Counted from the first letter of the stretch, positions 48,964 through 58,161 are shown. The stretch: 64,000 nucleotides of DNA from Opitutaceae bacterium (GCA_019455245.1 JACFMR010000019.1:10604-74603); one strand, 5' to 3'. The notes: generated by a model not told the origin, from the letters alone. Program-made: numbers and translations.

Positions 48964-49749
48964 ATGAGCGGTCACCTCCGCATCGCTTGCGCGCAATACA
49001 CCGCCACCAACGGCGACAACGCCGCCAACCTCGCGCTTATCGCGCGGTTGGCCGCCGCCGCCGCCGCCGCCGGCGCGAAACTGCTCGTGCTGCCCGAACT
49101 CGCCGTCACCGGCTACGTGCGCCCCGAACTCGTGCCCGGACTCGCGGAACCCATTCCCGGGCCCGCCAGTGAAGCCCTTGCCGCCCTCGCCCGTCAGCAC
49201 GGCCTGGCAATCGCCGCGGGTCTCGCCGAGTTCGAACCCGCCACCGGTCGCCGGCGCAACACCATGCTCCTGCTCGCGGCCGACGGCTCCGAGCTCCTGC
49301 GTTACCACAAGGTCCACCTCTGGAACACCGAGGCCGCCTGGGCAACCCCCGGAGACCGCTTGCCCGTCGCGCAACTCGGCCCTCTCACCGTCGGCCAATG
49401 GATCTGCTATGACACGCGCTTCCCCGAGGCCGCGCGCACACTCGCGCGGGCCGGGGCACAGCTCGCGCTGGCGGCCTCCGCCTGGCTCGGCCCCGCCGAG
49501 GAATGGGAACTCGCTTTGCGTGCCCGCGCGATGGACAACGGCATCTACGCCGCCGGTTCCGTTCATCTCGGCCGCGTCTTCCATGGCACCGCGCTGATCG
49601 TTGATCCGCACGGCACCGTCATCGCCCGCGGCGAACCCGGTCGCGACCAGATCATCACCGCCGATCTGGACCCCGAGGTGTTGCAAAAATTTCACGCCCG
49701 CATTCCGTTGCTCCGCCATCTGCGGCCGGGAAGTTATCAACCGGGATAA
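48964..49749 (+). CDS. carbon-nitrogen hydrolase (nitrilase superfamily) protein
   Basis: Catalytic triad context PELAVTGY (Glu), YHKVHLW (Lys), GQWICYDTRFPE (Cys). Confidence 0.85.
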   Translation: MSGHLRIACAQYTATNGDNAANLALIARLAAAAAAAGAKLLVLPELAVTGYVRPELVPGLAEPIPGPASEALAALARQHGLAIAAGLAEFEPATGRRRNTMLLLAADGSELLRYHKVHLWNTEAAWATPGDRLPVAQLGPLTVGQWICYDTRFPEAARTLARAGAQLALAASAWLGPAEEWELALRARAMDNGIYAAGSVHLGRVFHGTALIVDPHGTVIARGEPGRDQIITADLDPEVLQKFHARIPLLRHLRPGSYQPG

Positions 49750-49788
49750 CGTCACCGAACCGCAGCAGCCGCTCAAGCGAGGCCTGTC

Positions 49789-50262
49789 ATGCAACCCACC
49801 GTGAGTCCCGCCACCGAAGCCGATCGCGAGGCATGGGTGCAAATGCGCCATGAACTCTGGCCGGAGTGTCCGCTGGCCCGCCATCATCTGGAAATCGATC
49901 AGCTCCGGCAAAATCCCGGCATCGTGGCGTTCGCCCGCGTGGACGGCGCACCGGCCGGTTTCGCCGAGATCTCGGTGCGCACCGATCACGTTGAAGGCAC
50001 CGCGGCCTCACCCGTGCCCTACCTGGAAGGCTGGTATGTGCGACCGGAGCATCGTCGGTCCGGCGTGGGTCGCGCCCTCCTCGCCTTTGCCGAACAATGG
50101 GCGCGGGACCACGGTTTCACCGAGCTCGCCAGCGACACCGATCCGCCGAACACCCTGAGCATCGCCCTGCACCAGCGGCTTGGTTTCCGCGAGGTCGGGC
50201 GCAGCGTGCATTTCGTGAAATCCCTCGGTCCGGCCGATCACAAACCAGGCTTTGCGCCATGA
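49789..50262 (+). CDS. GNAT acetyltransferase, AAC(6')-I-like
   Basis: Collinear resemblance to AAC(6')-Iy-type enzymes: W..MR.ELWP, FAEISVR.D.VEG...SPV.YLEG.YV.P..RR.GVG..L, ELASDT...N..S...H..LGF.E. Confidence 0.7.
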   Translation: MQPTVSPATEADREAWVQMRHELWPECPLARHHLEIDQLRQNPGIVAFARVDGAPAGFAEISVRTDHVEGTAASPVPYLEGWYVRPEHRRSGVGRALLAFAEQWARDHGFTELASDTDPPNTLSIALHQRLGFREVGRSVHFVKSLGPADHKPGFAP

Positions 50263-50693
50263 CGACCGTTTATCCCTCCCGGGTGGATTGGTGGCTGGCG
50301 ATGTTGCTCATCGGCGCGCCCGTGCTCGTGGTCGCATGCGGTCTCCACATCCTGACTCAATCCATCGGCGCCGGCGCGATTCTGATCGTGAGTGGGCTGG
50401 CCATCGGCGCACTGATCGCCGCGCTGGCGTATCCCTGCGTCTATTCACTGACCGACGACCACCTGACGATTCGCGCCGGATTGCTCCACGAAACATTGCC
50501 GCTGCAACGCATCCGGGCGGTCGCACCATCCTCCAATCCCCTCAGCGCGCCCGCCCTTTCCTTGCAACGGATCAAGCTCACGCTCGATGACGGCTGCCGC
50601 CTGATTTCGCCCCGGGATCGTGACGCCTTCATGGCCGATCTGGAGGCGCGCCGCCGGCACTTGCCGACGGCATCCCGGCCTCCGGCACGTTGA
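50259..50693 (+). CDS. membrane protein with bacterial PH (bPH_2/YdbS-like) domain
   Basis: Two TM helices followed by YSLTDDHLTIRAGLLHETLPLQRI. ATG overlaps the upstream stop (ATGA). Confidence 0.65.
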   Translation: MTTVYPSRVDWWLAMLLIGAPVLVVACGLHILTQSIGAGAILIVSGLAIGALIAALAYPCVYSLTDDHLTIRAGLLHETLPLQRIRAVAPSSNPLSAPALSLQRIKLTLDDGCRLISPRDRDAFMADLEARRRHLPTASRPPAR

Positions 50694-50724
50694 CACCCGC
50701 AACGTTCCGGCCGCAGGCTGCGGC

Positions 50725-52656
50725 ATGACCTTGTGCCCCCTCCCCCGCCTCGCCGGTCTCTGGCTCTGTTTCGCCGCCACGGCATTCATGCACGAAGCCG
50801 GCTCACCCCATGACACCTGGCATCATGCCGATACGCCGGCCCCGCGTCCCATCCGCATCACGCTTGATGCCGACGGCAGGGTGAACCCTTGGAACCATCT
50901 GGCCTTTCACAACGATCCCAACGCGTTCCAGTTCGCCATCGTGTCCGACCGTACCGGCGGGGCCCGCGCCGGCGTGTTTGAGGACGCGATCCGCAAACTC
51001 AACCTCCTGCAGCCGGAGTTTGTGATGAGCGTGGGCGATCTGATCGAAGGTTACTCGACCGACGAGGCCGAGGTGAACGCCCAGTGGGACGAGTTCCAAG
51101 GCTTCATCCGCGAATTGGAGATGCCGTTCTTCTACGTGCCCGGCAACCACGACCAGTCCAATCCCGTGATGGCCCGGCTCTGGCGCGAACGTTTCGGCCG
51201 CTCCCACTACAGCTTTGTTTATCGTGATGTGCTCTTCCTCTGCCTCAACTCGCAGGAGCCCGCCCAACATCACATCGGCCCTGACCAGGCGCAGTGGGTG
51301 CGCGATACCCTGGCGGCGCATACCGACGTGCGCTGGACGCTGGTGTTCCTGCACACGCCCCTGTGGGAATATGGGGCCGACCGCGGCTGGCCCGCGATCG
51401 AAGCGGCGCTGCAGGGCCGCGACTACACGGTCTTTGCCGGTCACTACCACACCTATCTGAAAAACGAACGGCACGACTCGCGCTACTACATCTTGGCAAC
51501 CACCGGCGGCGGCAGCAGCCTCCGCGGTCCGGCCTACGGCGAATTTGACCAGGTCGGCTGGGTCACCATGACGGCTGGGGGCCCCGTCCTCGCCAATCTG
51601 ATGCTCGACGGAATTCGCGACGACAATATCCGCACCGTGCAATCGAAGACCCTGGCCGACGCCGTGCTGGGCGGCGCGCTCACCACCGACGTGCTCTGGG
51701 TGCCGCACACCGGCGCCACCGCCCCCCGTCTGGCGCTGCTCGCGGCCAACCCCACCGACACCCCGCTCACTCTCGCGCTGAACCTCGCCCCGGCCTCCGG
51801 CCTGGATGTCACGCTGCTCCAAGGTTTGGAGACCATGCCCGACGGACGCCGCACCCTCACGCTGCAACCCCGATCAAGCCGCGCCCTCACGCTGCAGCTT
51901 GACGGCGCCCTTCCTGAGCATGCGTTTCAAGCGCGTTCCGCCGGCTCGCTCCATTGGGAAGCCCGCCTGCAACCCGAGGGACAACCGGCCGTGCAGCTCG
52001 AGGACCGGTTTAACCTGCCCATCGTGCCACGTCTGCCCCTGCCGCGAGCCCTGCGTCCGCTGACCGCCGACGGCGACCCCGCCGACTGGGCGGGACTCCC
52101 GGTTTACGATGTCGCCGGTGCTCCCTTCCTCGATTCCAGTAGCAAAGGGTGGACCGGTCCCGCAGATTGCACGTTCCGGGTCGCCTTTGCCCACGACGAT
52201 GCGCACCTGCATGTGTTGGTGACCGTGCGGGACGATGAAATCATTGCCCTGCCCGACGTCCCGCCATGGAAGCAGGACGGCATCGAACTGCGCATCGACT
52301 TCCGCGATCCGGCCCATCACCGCACGTCGCGGACCGGCGAAGGCGGCTTGTTCTTCATCGGCTCCTGTCCCGCCCCGGACGACGGCACGAATCGCGCCTA
52401 TGTCACCTATGGCGACAGCCTGCCCGCGGGCACCAAGCTGAGCAACCGCCGCACCGACGACGGCTATGTTTTTGAACTCGCCCTGCCGCTCGCCGGCCTC
52501 GCCACCAAACACGGCACCGCCTGGCAACTCAACGGCCTGCGGGTCAACGTTGCCGTGAACGACCGCGACGGCACGGAACAGGCCCAGCTCTGGTGGCAAC
52601 CCGACTGGCGCACCAGCGCCAACGTCCCCGCCTCGGGCACCCTGTTCTGGGAATAG
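50725..52656 (+). CDS. secreted metallophosphoesterase with C-terminal CBM9/DOMON-like domain
   Basis: Signal peptide. MPE motifs (SDRTGG, VGDLIEG, PGNHD, FLHTPLW, AGHYH). C-terminal ~190 aa with DGIELRIDF..LRVNVAVNDRD pattern. Confidence 0.8.
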   Translation: MTLCPLPRLAGLWLCFAATAFMHEAGSPHDTWHHADTPAPRPIRITLDADGRVNPWNHLAFHNDPNAFQFAIVSDRTGGARAGVFEDAIRKLNLLQPEFVMSVGDLIEGYSTDEAEVNAQWDEFQGFIRELEMPFFYVPGNHDQSNPVMARLWRERFGRSHYSFVYRDVLFLCLNSQEPAQHHIGPDQAQWVRDTLAAHTDVRWTLVFLHTPLWEYGADRGWPAIEAALQGRDYTVFAGHYHTYLKNERHDSRYYILATTGGGSSLRGPAYGEFDQVGWVTMTAGGPVLANLMLDGIRDDNIRTVQSKTLADAVLGGALTTDVLWVPHTGATAPRLALLAANPTDTPLTLALNLAPASGLDVTLLQGLETMPDGRRTLTLQPRSSRALTLQLDGALPEHAFQARSAGSLHWEARLQPEGQPAVQLEDRFNLPIVPRLPLPRALRPLTADGDPADWAGLPVYDVAGAPFLDSSSKGWTGPADCTFRVAFAHDDAHLHVLVTVRDDEIIALPDVPPWKQDGIELRIDFRDPAHHRTSRTGEGGLFFIGSCPAPDDGTNRAYVTYGDSLPAGTKLSNRRTDDGYVFELALPLAGLATKHGTAWQLNGLRVNVAVNDRDGTEQAQLWWQPDWRTSANVPASGTLFWE

Positions 52657-52740
52657 ACCATCACCTCGCCGCAAGCCAAGCCGCCCCCCACCGGACGGCA
52701 TACGTTCGCCCGCTCCCTCGAATCAGACCTCCCCAACGTC

Positions 52741-52763
52741 TATGTCACCTATTAAGTGACATA
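52741..52763. repeat. 23-nt palindrome variant TATGTCAC-CTATTAA-GTGACATA
   Basis: 8-nt perfect arms. Same length and core (TGTCAC-N7-GTGACA) as the 41442/61443/61575 palindromes. Confidence 0.75.
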
Positions 52764-52807
52764 GTTTGATCTCAGAAAACCTTGTTGGTTGATGGTTAAG
52801 ACTCGGT

Positions 52808-52826
52808 TGTCACCTATTAAGTGACA
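52808..52826. repeat. palindrome variant TGTCAC-CTATTAA-GTGACA (second copy)
   Basis: 19-mer identical to 52743..52761, 65 nt downstream of it, in the same convergent intergenic region. Confidence 0.75.
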
Positions 52827-52884
52827 TCGACACTCCTACGAAAGCGGGCGCTGAAAGAGGTACTTGGGGGGAGTTTTCTGGCGC

Positions 52885-53832
52885 TCAATCCCGGCGGGCT
52901 TGGCGCAGGCGGTCGAGGAAGACGGCGGCGATGATGACCACGCCGATGATGATTTCCTGAAAATAGGTGGGCCAGCCCATCTGCTGTGAACCGTTGCGGA
53001 GCACCGCCATGATCAGGGCCCCGATCATCGAACCCAGCACCGTGCCCATGCCTCCGCTCAGGCTCGCCCCGCCGATGATGACCGCCGCGATGATATCCAG
53101 CTCCACCCCGACCGCCACCGTGGGATCGCCCTGCCGCAGGCGCGAGAGCTGCATCAGCCCGGCGAGTCCGAAGAAACAACCGGCGAGCGCGTAGATCAGG
53201 ATCTTGGTGCGCACGGTGGCCACGCCGCACAAACGCGCCGTGGCCTCGTTGGAACCGATGGCAAAGATGTGCCGCCCAAAGACCGTGCGTCGCAACAGCA
53301 CCGCCGTGAGCACCGCCAGCGCCAACGTGAGCCAGGCGCCGGCCGGCAGGCTCCAGCCGAAGGGATCCGCGGTGGTCATCCAGCCGTTGATCGGCGAGCT
53401 GTCGTAATTGACCGTTTCGTTGTTCGCGAGCCACTTGGCGGCGCCGCGCGCGATGCCCAGTGTGCCCAGCGTGATGATGAACGGCATCATGCGCAGTCCC
53501 GCAATGGCCGCGCCGTTGAGCAAGCCCACCACGCCGCCGGCCAGCACCACCGCCAACACAACCGCCGGCACCGGCCAACCCATTTGGATCAACAGGGCGC
53601 CGACCACACTGGTCAGCGCGATGACCGAGCCGACACTCAGGTCGATGCCACCGCTGATGATGATCAGCGTCATGCCCAGCGCACCGATCGCCACGATCAC
53701 CGTTTGCGTGAGGATGATCTTGAAGTTGGGGTAACTCAGAAAGTATTCGCGCACTTCGCCGGGGATCGAGAAGAGACCGACGACGAGCAGCAGGCCGAGA
53801 AACGGACCGAATTGGGCGAGAAGCTTTTTCAT
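52885..53832 (-). CDS. sugar ABC transporter permease (RbsC-like)
   Basis: Typical RbsC/AraH-family pattern (GGIDLSVGSVIAL, IGSNEATARLCGV). Confidence 0.9.
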   Translation of the reverse strand: MKKLLAQFGPFLGLLLVVGLFSIPGEVREYFLSYPNFKIILTQTVIVAIGALGMTLIIISGGIDLSVGSVIALTSVVGALLIQMGWPVPAVVLAVVLAGGVVGLLNGAAIAGLRMMPFIITLGTLGIARGAAKWLANNETVNYDSSPINGWMTTADPFGWSLPAGAWLTLALAVLTAVLLRRTVFGRHIFAIGSNEATARLCGVATVRTKILIYALAGCFFGLAGLMQLSRLRQGDPTVAVGVELDIIAAVIIGGASLSGGMGTVLGSMIGALIMAVLRNGSQQMGWPTYFQEIIIGVVIIAAVFLDRLRQARRD

Positions 53833-53856
53833 GCAGGGTTATTGCTTTTCAAGATT

Positions 53857-55308
53857 TCAGGCGGCCGATGCGGCGCCGATGGCGGCGGTCATCAAGGTTT
53901 GCTCCGTCCACTCCGCAACCGGCCGGCAATCGACGATCGATCCGCGACGCATGACCGCGATGCGGTCGCACAGGCCGAACAACTCCGGCAGGTAGGAGCT
54001 GACCAGCACCACCGCGCAACCCTCGCCGGCCAGCTGTGTGATGAGTTCGTAAACCTGGGCTTTGCTGCCCACGTCGATGCCGCGGGTGGGCTCGTCGAGG
54101 AGAAACACCTTGGTGCCGTGCGCCAGCAACCGCGCGATGGCGACCTTCTGCTGGTTGCCGCCGGAAAGCTCGCCCACCGTCTGCGCCGCATCGCGTGTCT
54201 TGATGCCCAGCCGGGCGATCCACGGCGCGGCGGTGGCGGCCAGCCGGCGCGGCGGCAGCCAACCGGCGCGGGCCAGTTGCGAATAAGTCGTGAGGGTCAT
54301 GTTCTCCGCCACCGACAACGGCAGCATCAGCCCCTCCTCCTTGCGGTTCTCGCTCAGAAACCCAACCCCTTCGCGCCAGCGGCTGGCCGGGGTGGCGCGA
54401 ATGCCCGCCATAGCGTCCAAACCAAACGCGGCCCGGAGCAGCTCGGTGCGCCCCGCCCCGATGAGTCCCGCCACGCCCAAAATCTCGCCGGCCCTCACCT
54501 CCAGACTACGGCCGGCTTCGGGAAGAGTGAAAACCGGCGCGCCGATTCGCGGCGTGCGGGCAGGATACAGGTCGGTGACCTCCCGCCCCACCATCAACCG
54601 CACAATCTCGCCCAGATCCGTGGTCGCGATGGCACCCGAGCCGACCGTCAGTCCGTCCTTGAGCACGGTGAACCGCTGCGCCACCTGCCGCACTTCCTCC
54701 AGAAAGTGACTGATGTAAATGATGCTCACCCCCTGGGCCTGCAACTGCCGCACGACTTGGAACAACCGTTCCGTGTCCGCCTGGGTCAGGCTGCTCGTGG
54801 GCTCGTCCATGATCAGCACCCGCGGCGAGGTCAGCAGCGCGCGTGCGATTTCGATGACCTGTTGTTCCGCGATGGAAAACTGTGCGGCCGGCCGGTCGAG
54901 ATCGAGGTGTTCATGCGCCAGCCGGGCCAGGACTTCGCGGGCCCGCGCCTTGGCGGCGTTGCGATCAATCCAACCCCAGCGGTGCGGCTCCGCGCCGAGC
55001 ACGATATTTTCCCACGCCGGCAGATGCGGCGCGAGGCTCAGCTCCTGGTAGATCATCGCCACGCCGTGCCGCCGCGCGTCGAGCGTGTCGGTCGGGCGAT
55101 AAACCGCGCCTTCAAGCTCCATGCTGCCAGCGTCGGGATGGATCACGCCGCTGAGCACCTTCATCAGAGTGCTCTTCCCCGCCCCGTTCTCGCCGATCAA
55201 CGCGTGCACCTCGCCGGGTGCAACCTCAAGCGATACTCCGCCCAGCGCCTGCGTGGCGCCAAAGGCCTTGCGAATGTCGCGGAGGATCAGGCGGGGTGAC
55301 ACTGCCAT
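53857..55308 (-). CDS. sugar ABC transporter ATP-binding protein (RbsA-like, duplicated cassette)
   Basis: GENGAGKSTL, IAEQQVIEIARAL, IMDEPTSSL. Second cassette LSGGNQQKV, LLDEPTRGIDV. Confidence 0.9.
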   Translation of the reverse strand: MAVSPRLILRDIRKAFGATQALGGVSLEVAPGEVHALIGENGAGKSTLMKVLSGVIHPDAGSMELEGAVYRPTDTLDARRHGVAMIYQELSLAPHLPAWENIVLGAEPHRWGWIDRNAAKARAREVLARLAHEHLDLDRPAAQFSIAEQQVIEIARALLTSPRVLIMDEPTSSLTQADTERLFQVVRQLQAQGVSIIYISHFLEEVRQVAQRFTVLKDGLTVGSGAIATTDLGEIVRLMVGREVTDLYPARTPRIGAPVFTLPEAGRSLEVRAGEILGVAGLIGAGRTELLRAAFGLDAMAGIRATPASRWREGVGFLSENRKEEGLMLPLSVAENMTLTTYSQLARAGWLPPRRLAATAAPWIARLGIKTRDAAQTVGELSGGNQQKVAIARLLAHGTKVFLLDEPTRGIDVGSKAQVYELITQLAGEGCAVVLVSSYLPELFGLCDRIAVMRRGSIVDCRPVAEWTEQTLMTAAIGAASAA

Positions 55309-55326
55309 GCCGGGAAAACGGGAAAA

Positions 55327-56325
55327 CTACGGCAGATACTTGTCGAGCGGCGGCTTGATGAGGTCGGCCATGGCCGGCTCATCGATGTTCTCGCCGGTGA
55401 TGAGCTCGCAACCGGTGTCGATCACCTGTTCGACCGGCCGGCCCTGCAATGCCTCGACCATGGTCCGCACGCCGAGATAGCCCATCTTGAACGGATTCTG
55501 CACGACCAGTCCCTGCAGATCACCGCTGCGCAACGCGGCCACGGTCTGCGTGCCGGTGTCGAAACCGACGAACTTCACCCGGCCGCCCGCCAGCCCCGCA
55601 TCGCGCAGGGCCAGCAAGGTGCCCGTGGCCGAAGATTCGTTGGGCGCAAAGAAACCGTCCACTTCGCGGCCGAAGCGGTTCAGCAGATTCTGCGCCGCAC
55701 GGTAGGCCGTGTCACGGGTGGCACCGGCGTGCTGGTCGCTGGAAATCACCGTGATGCCCGGAAACTCCTGGGCGATTGTGTCGAGAAAACCGGCCTCGCG
55801 CTGCTCGGTGCTGGTCGAGCCGGCCAGCACACGCAACAGGATGACCTTGCCCTTGCCTTCCAGCAGCTCCGCCAAACGACGCGCGCCGAGCACACCGCCC
55901 TTGTAATTGTCGGTCGAGACCGTGCTCGCCGGCGCGGCTGAATTGAGGGCCGAGTCGATGATGACAACCGGAATGCCCGCGTTGACCGCCATCTCGGCCG
56001 GCCGCGCCAGGGCACGGGCGTCGAGCGGCGCGAGCACGATGCCGCTGACGCGGCGCGCGATGAAATTCTCCACCACCTGCACCTGCTGCTCGCGGTCGTC
56101 CTCGCGGAGCGGACCTTTCCAGATGATCTCGACGCCGATGCCCTCGGCCTTGAGTTCGCGCGTCGCCTTGATGGCGCCGGCGTGAATGGATTTCCAAAAC
56201 TCATGCGTCGTGCCCTTCGGCACCACCGCGATGCGATAATCGGCGGCGTGGACCGCAACTGCGGCGCAGAGCAAAAAAACGAAGGTGAGGATGCGTTTCA
56301 TGGGGCGGGCAACCTGGGGTGTCAT
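55327..56325 (-). CDS. sugar ABC transporter substrate-binding protein (RbsB-like)
   Basis: Signal peptide MKRILTFVFLLCAAVAVHA (probable start 56301), then the periplasmic-binding-protein type I pattern IAVVPKGTTHEFWKSI. Confidence 0.85.
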   Translation of the reverse strand: MTPQVARPMKRILTFVFLLCAAVAVHAADYRIAVVPKGTTHEFWKSIHAGAIKATRELKAEGIGVEIIWKGPLREDDREQQVQVVENFIARRVSGIVLAPLDARALARPAEMAVNAGIPVVIIDSALNSAAPASTVSTDNYKGGVLGARRLAELLEGKGKVILLRVLAGSTSTEQREAGFLDTIAQEFPGITVISSDQHAGATRDTAYRAAQNLLNRFGREVDGFFAPNESSATGTLLALRDAGLAGGRVKFVGFDTGTQTVAALRSGDLQGLVVQNPFKMGYLGVRTMVEALQGRPVEQVIDTGCELITGENIDEPAMADLIKPPLDKYLP

Positions 56326-56336
56326 GAAGCGGACGC

Positions 56337-56798
56337 TCAGGCCTTGAGCTCGACGATGACCTGAATTTCCACCGTCGTGCCCTTGGGCAGGCCGTTGGTG
56401 GCGACGGCGGCGCGGGCGTGCTTCCCGGCCTCGCCGAAGACCTTGAGAAACAAATCGCTGGCCCCGTTGATCACCGCCGGGCTCTCGGTGAAGTTGTCGA
56501 CGGCGTTGACGAAACCGTTGACCATGACGATGCGGGCCACCTGGTCGAGCGAACCGACGGCCGCCTTGATGTTGGCGAGGGTGTTGAGGGCGCAGACCTC
56601 CGCGGCCTTGGCGCCGCTTTCGACTGTGTGTTCCTTTCCGACCTGACCGGTGTGGGTCATTTTGCCGTCAACCATGCACACGGTGCCGGCGCAGAAGAGC
56701 AGGTTGCCGGTGCGCACGGTGGGCACGTAGCTGCCGGCGGCGGCCGGCGGATTGGGGAGCGTGAGACCGAGTTCGGCGAGTTTGGCTTCGGGATTCAT
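56337..56798 (-). CDS. RidA/YjgF-family protein
   Basis: 153 aa from ATG 56798. GNLLFCAG...GQVG...ARAAV...LPKGTTVEI is characteristic of RidA-family proteins. Confidence 0.8.
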   Translation of the reverse strand: MNPEAKLAELGLTLPNPPAAAGSYVPTVRTGNLLFCAGTVCMVDGKMTHTGQVGKEHTVESGAKAAEVCALNTLANIKAAVGSLDQVARIVMVNGFVNAVDNFTESPAVINGASDLFLKVFGEAGKHARAAVATNGLPKGTTVEIQVIVELKA

Positions 56799-56970
56799 TG
56801 CTCCAAGTGCTGACGCAAAGCACCCGTGAGGCAAAGCGGATTTTGGTTCCGGGCGCCGAAAAACTTGCGCCGTCGCCCCCACGGGAGCGCGGGCGGCCCG
56901 CCCGCAGCAGTCAAAGCGAGCCCCGTGACTATTGATGTTCTCAAAAAGGAGAGACGACCCGAGGCGTAAA

Positions 56971-57033
56971 GGTAGGGCGCGACCGCCGGGCGCGCCGCGA
57001 GCGCTTCGGCGGGCCCGGCGGTCCCGCCCTACC
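56971..57033. repeat. GC-rich long inverted repeat (23-nt arms, 2 mismatches)
   Basis: GGTAGGGCGCGACCGCCGGGCGC-(17 nt)-GGGCCCGGCGGTCCCGCCCTACC, between the amidohydrolase stop and the ridA start. Confidence 0.75.
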
Positions 57034-57068
57034 AACGCAGCGTCACTTCTCTGTGTAATTCTCAATAA

Positions 57069-57950
57069 TTACACCTTCAACACCCGCCGAGCGTTCTCCC
57101 AGACCAGTGCGCGCAACGGGCCGGACGGCAGCTCCGAACGATGCACCTCGGCCACCAGCCGCGCCGGATCGGGCAGCGCATCGATGCCCGGATAAAGGTT
57201 GAGCGGATGGTCCGAGCCGAACAGCACGCGGTCCGCCGGCACCCGCGCGCAGAATTCCCGCCAGATGGATTGCGGGTAAAGCAGCGGCGACGCAGCCGTG
57301 TCGTAATAGACATTGTCCGGCATCGGTTCGGACCAGACCAACGGCAACCGGCCGCCCCAATGCGCGAGGATGAACGTCGTGCGCGGATGGCTGCGGACCA
57401 ATTGCACAATCTCCGCCAGCGGCGTCTCCACCTTGCCGGGATAATCGCGGCTCTCGGGCTCGGTCACATGCAGGTTGACCGGCAGGTCCCATTCACCGGC
57501 GCGCGCCAACAGCGCATGCAACAAGGCATCATCCACCGCCCAGCCGACCGAGTGCGGCGACAGCTCGCCCACCCCGATCAAGCCGTGGTCACGCGCCCAG
57601 GCCAGTTCCGTCAGCATGGCGGCTTCGCCCTCGCCCGGATGCACCGCGGCAAAGGCGGAAAGCCGGTCCGGATGCGCCCGCACGCAATCGGCAAAAAACC
57701 GGTTCTGCCTGCGGCACGTGGTCAGACGTTCCCAATACCAGCCCAGCAGCACGCCGCGCGCGATGCCGGCGGCGTCCATGGATCGCAGCAGTTCGTCCAC
57801 CGAAGGGAAAGTCTGTACCGGTTGCCCGCCCTTGCGTTGACGCAGGCAAAGCGTGGCCCAATGCGGCTCGCCGGCCGTCGCGGCCCAGGCCGCGGGATCA
57901 CGGTTCACTTCGTCGGGGAACAAATGAATGTGCGCGTCAATGATCTGCAT
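57069..57950 (-). CDS. amidohydrolase-2 family metal-dependent hydrolase (lactonase/decarboxylase-like)
   Basis: MQIIDAHIHLF (HxH), later FILAHWGG and LFGSDHP. Confidence 0.8.
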   Translation of the reverse strand: MQIIDAHIHLFPDEVNRDPAAWAATAGEPHWATLCLRQRKGGQPVQTFPSVDELLRSMDAAGIARGVLLGWYWERLTTCRRQNRFFADCVRAHPDRLSAFAAVHPGEGEAAMLTELAWARDHGLIGVGELSPHSVGWAVDDALLHALLARAGEWDLPVNLHVTEPESRDYPGKVETPLAEIVQLVRSHPRTTFILAHWGGRLPLVWSEPMPDNVYYDTAASPLLYPQSIWREFCARVPADRVLFGSDHPLNLYPGIDALPDPARLVAEVHRSELPSGPLRALVWENARRVLKV

Positions 57951-58161
57951 AATTATCGCTGTAACTATTCGCCGCGCCCTCGCCAGCCTGATTCGCGTTT
58001 ATTGTTGGACTGGTGCCCATTGTGTCAGGATATGCCCGACACCCGGTAGGGCGGCGAGTCCCTTCGCCGCCGTTGTCGCTCCCATATCATCGAGCCGTCC
58101 CTGACGATCCGAAGAACGCGCTCAATGCGCTGCACTTGGGACACGTCGCCCCACCCGAAGC

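Noticed and set aside
49051-49071. (GCC)7 trinucleotide run
   Set aside because: It is in frame within the nitrilase-family gene, encodes a poly-Ala stretch, and is expected in GC-rich coding DNA. There is no evidence of phase variation.
53269-55299. 676-aa plus-strand ORF over the sugar ABC genes
   Set aside because: It is antisense to clear RbsC- and RbsA-like genes, and it is an Arg/Gly/His/Asp-rich low-complexity translation.
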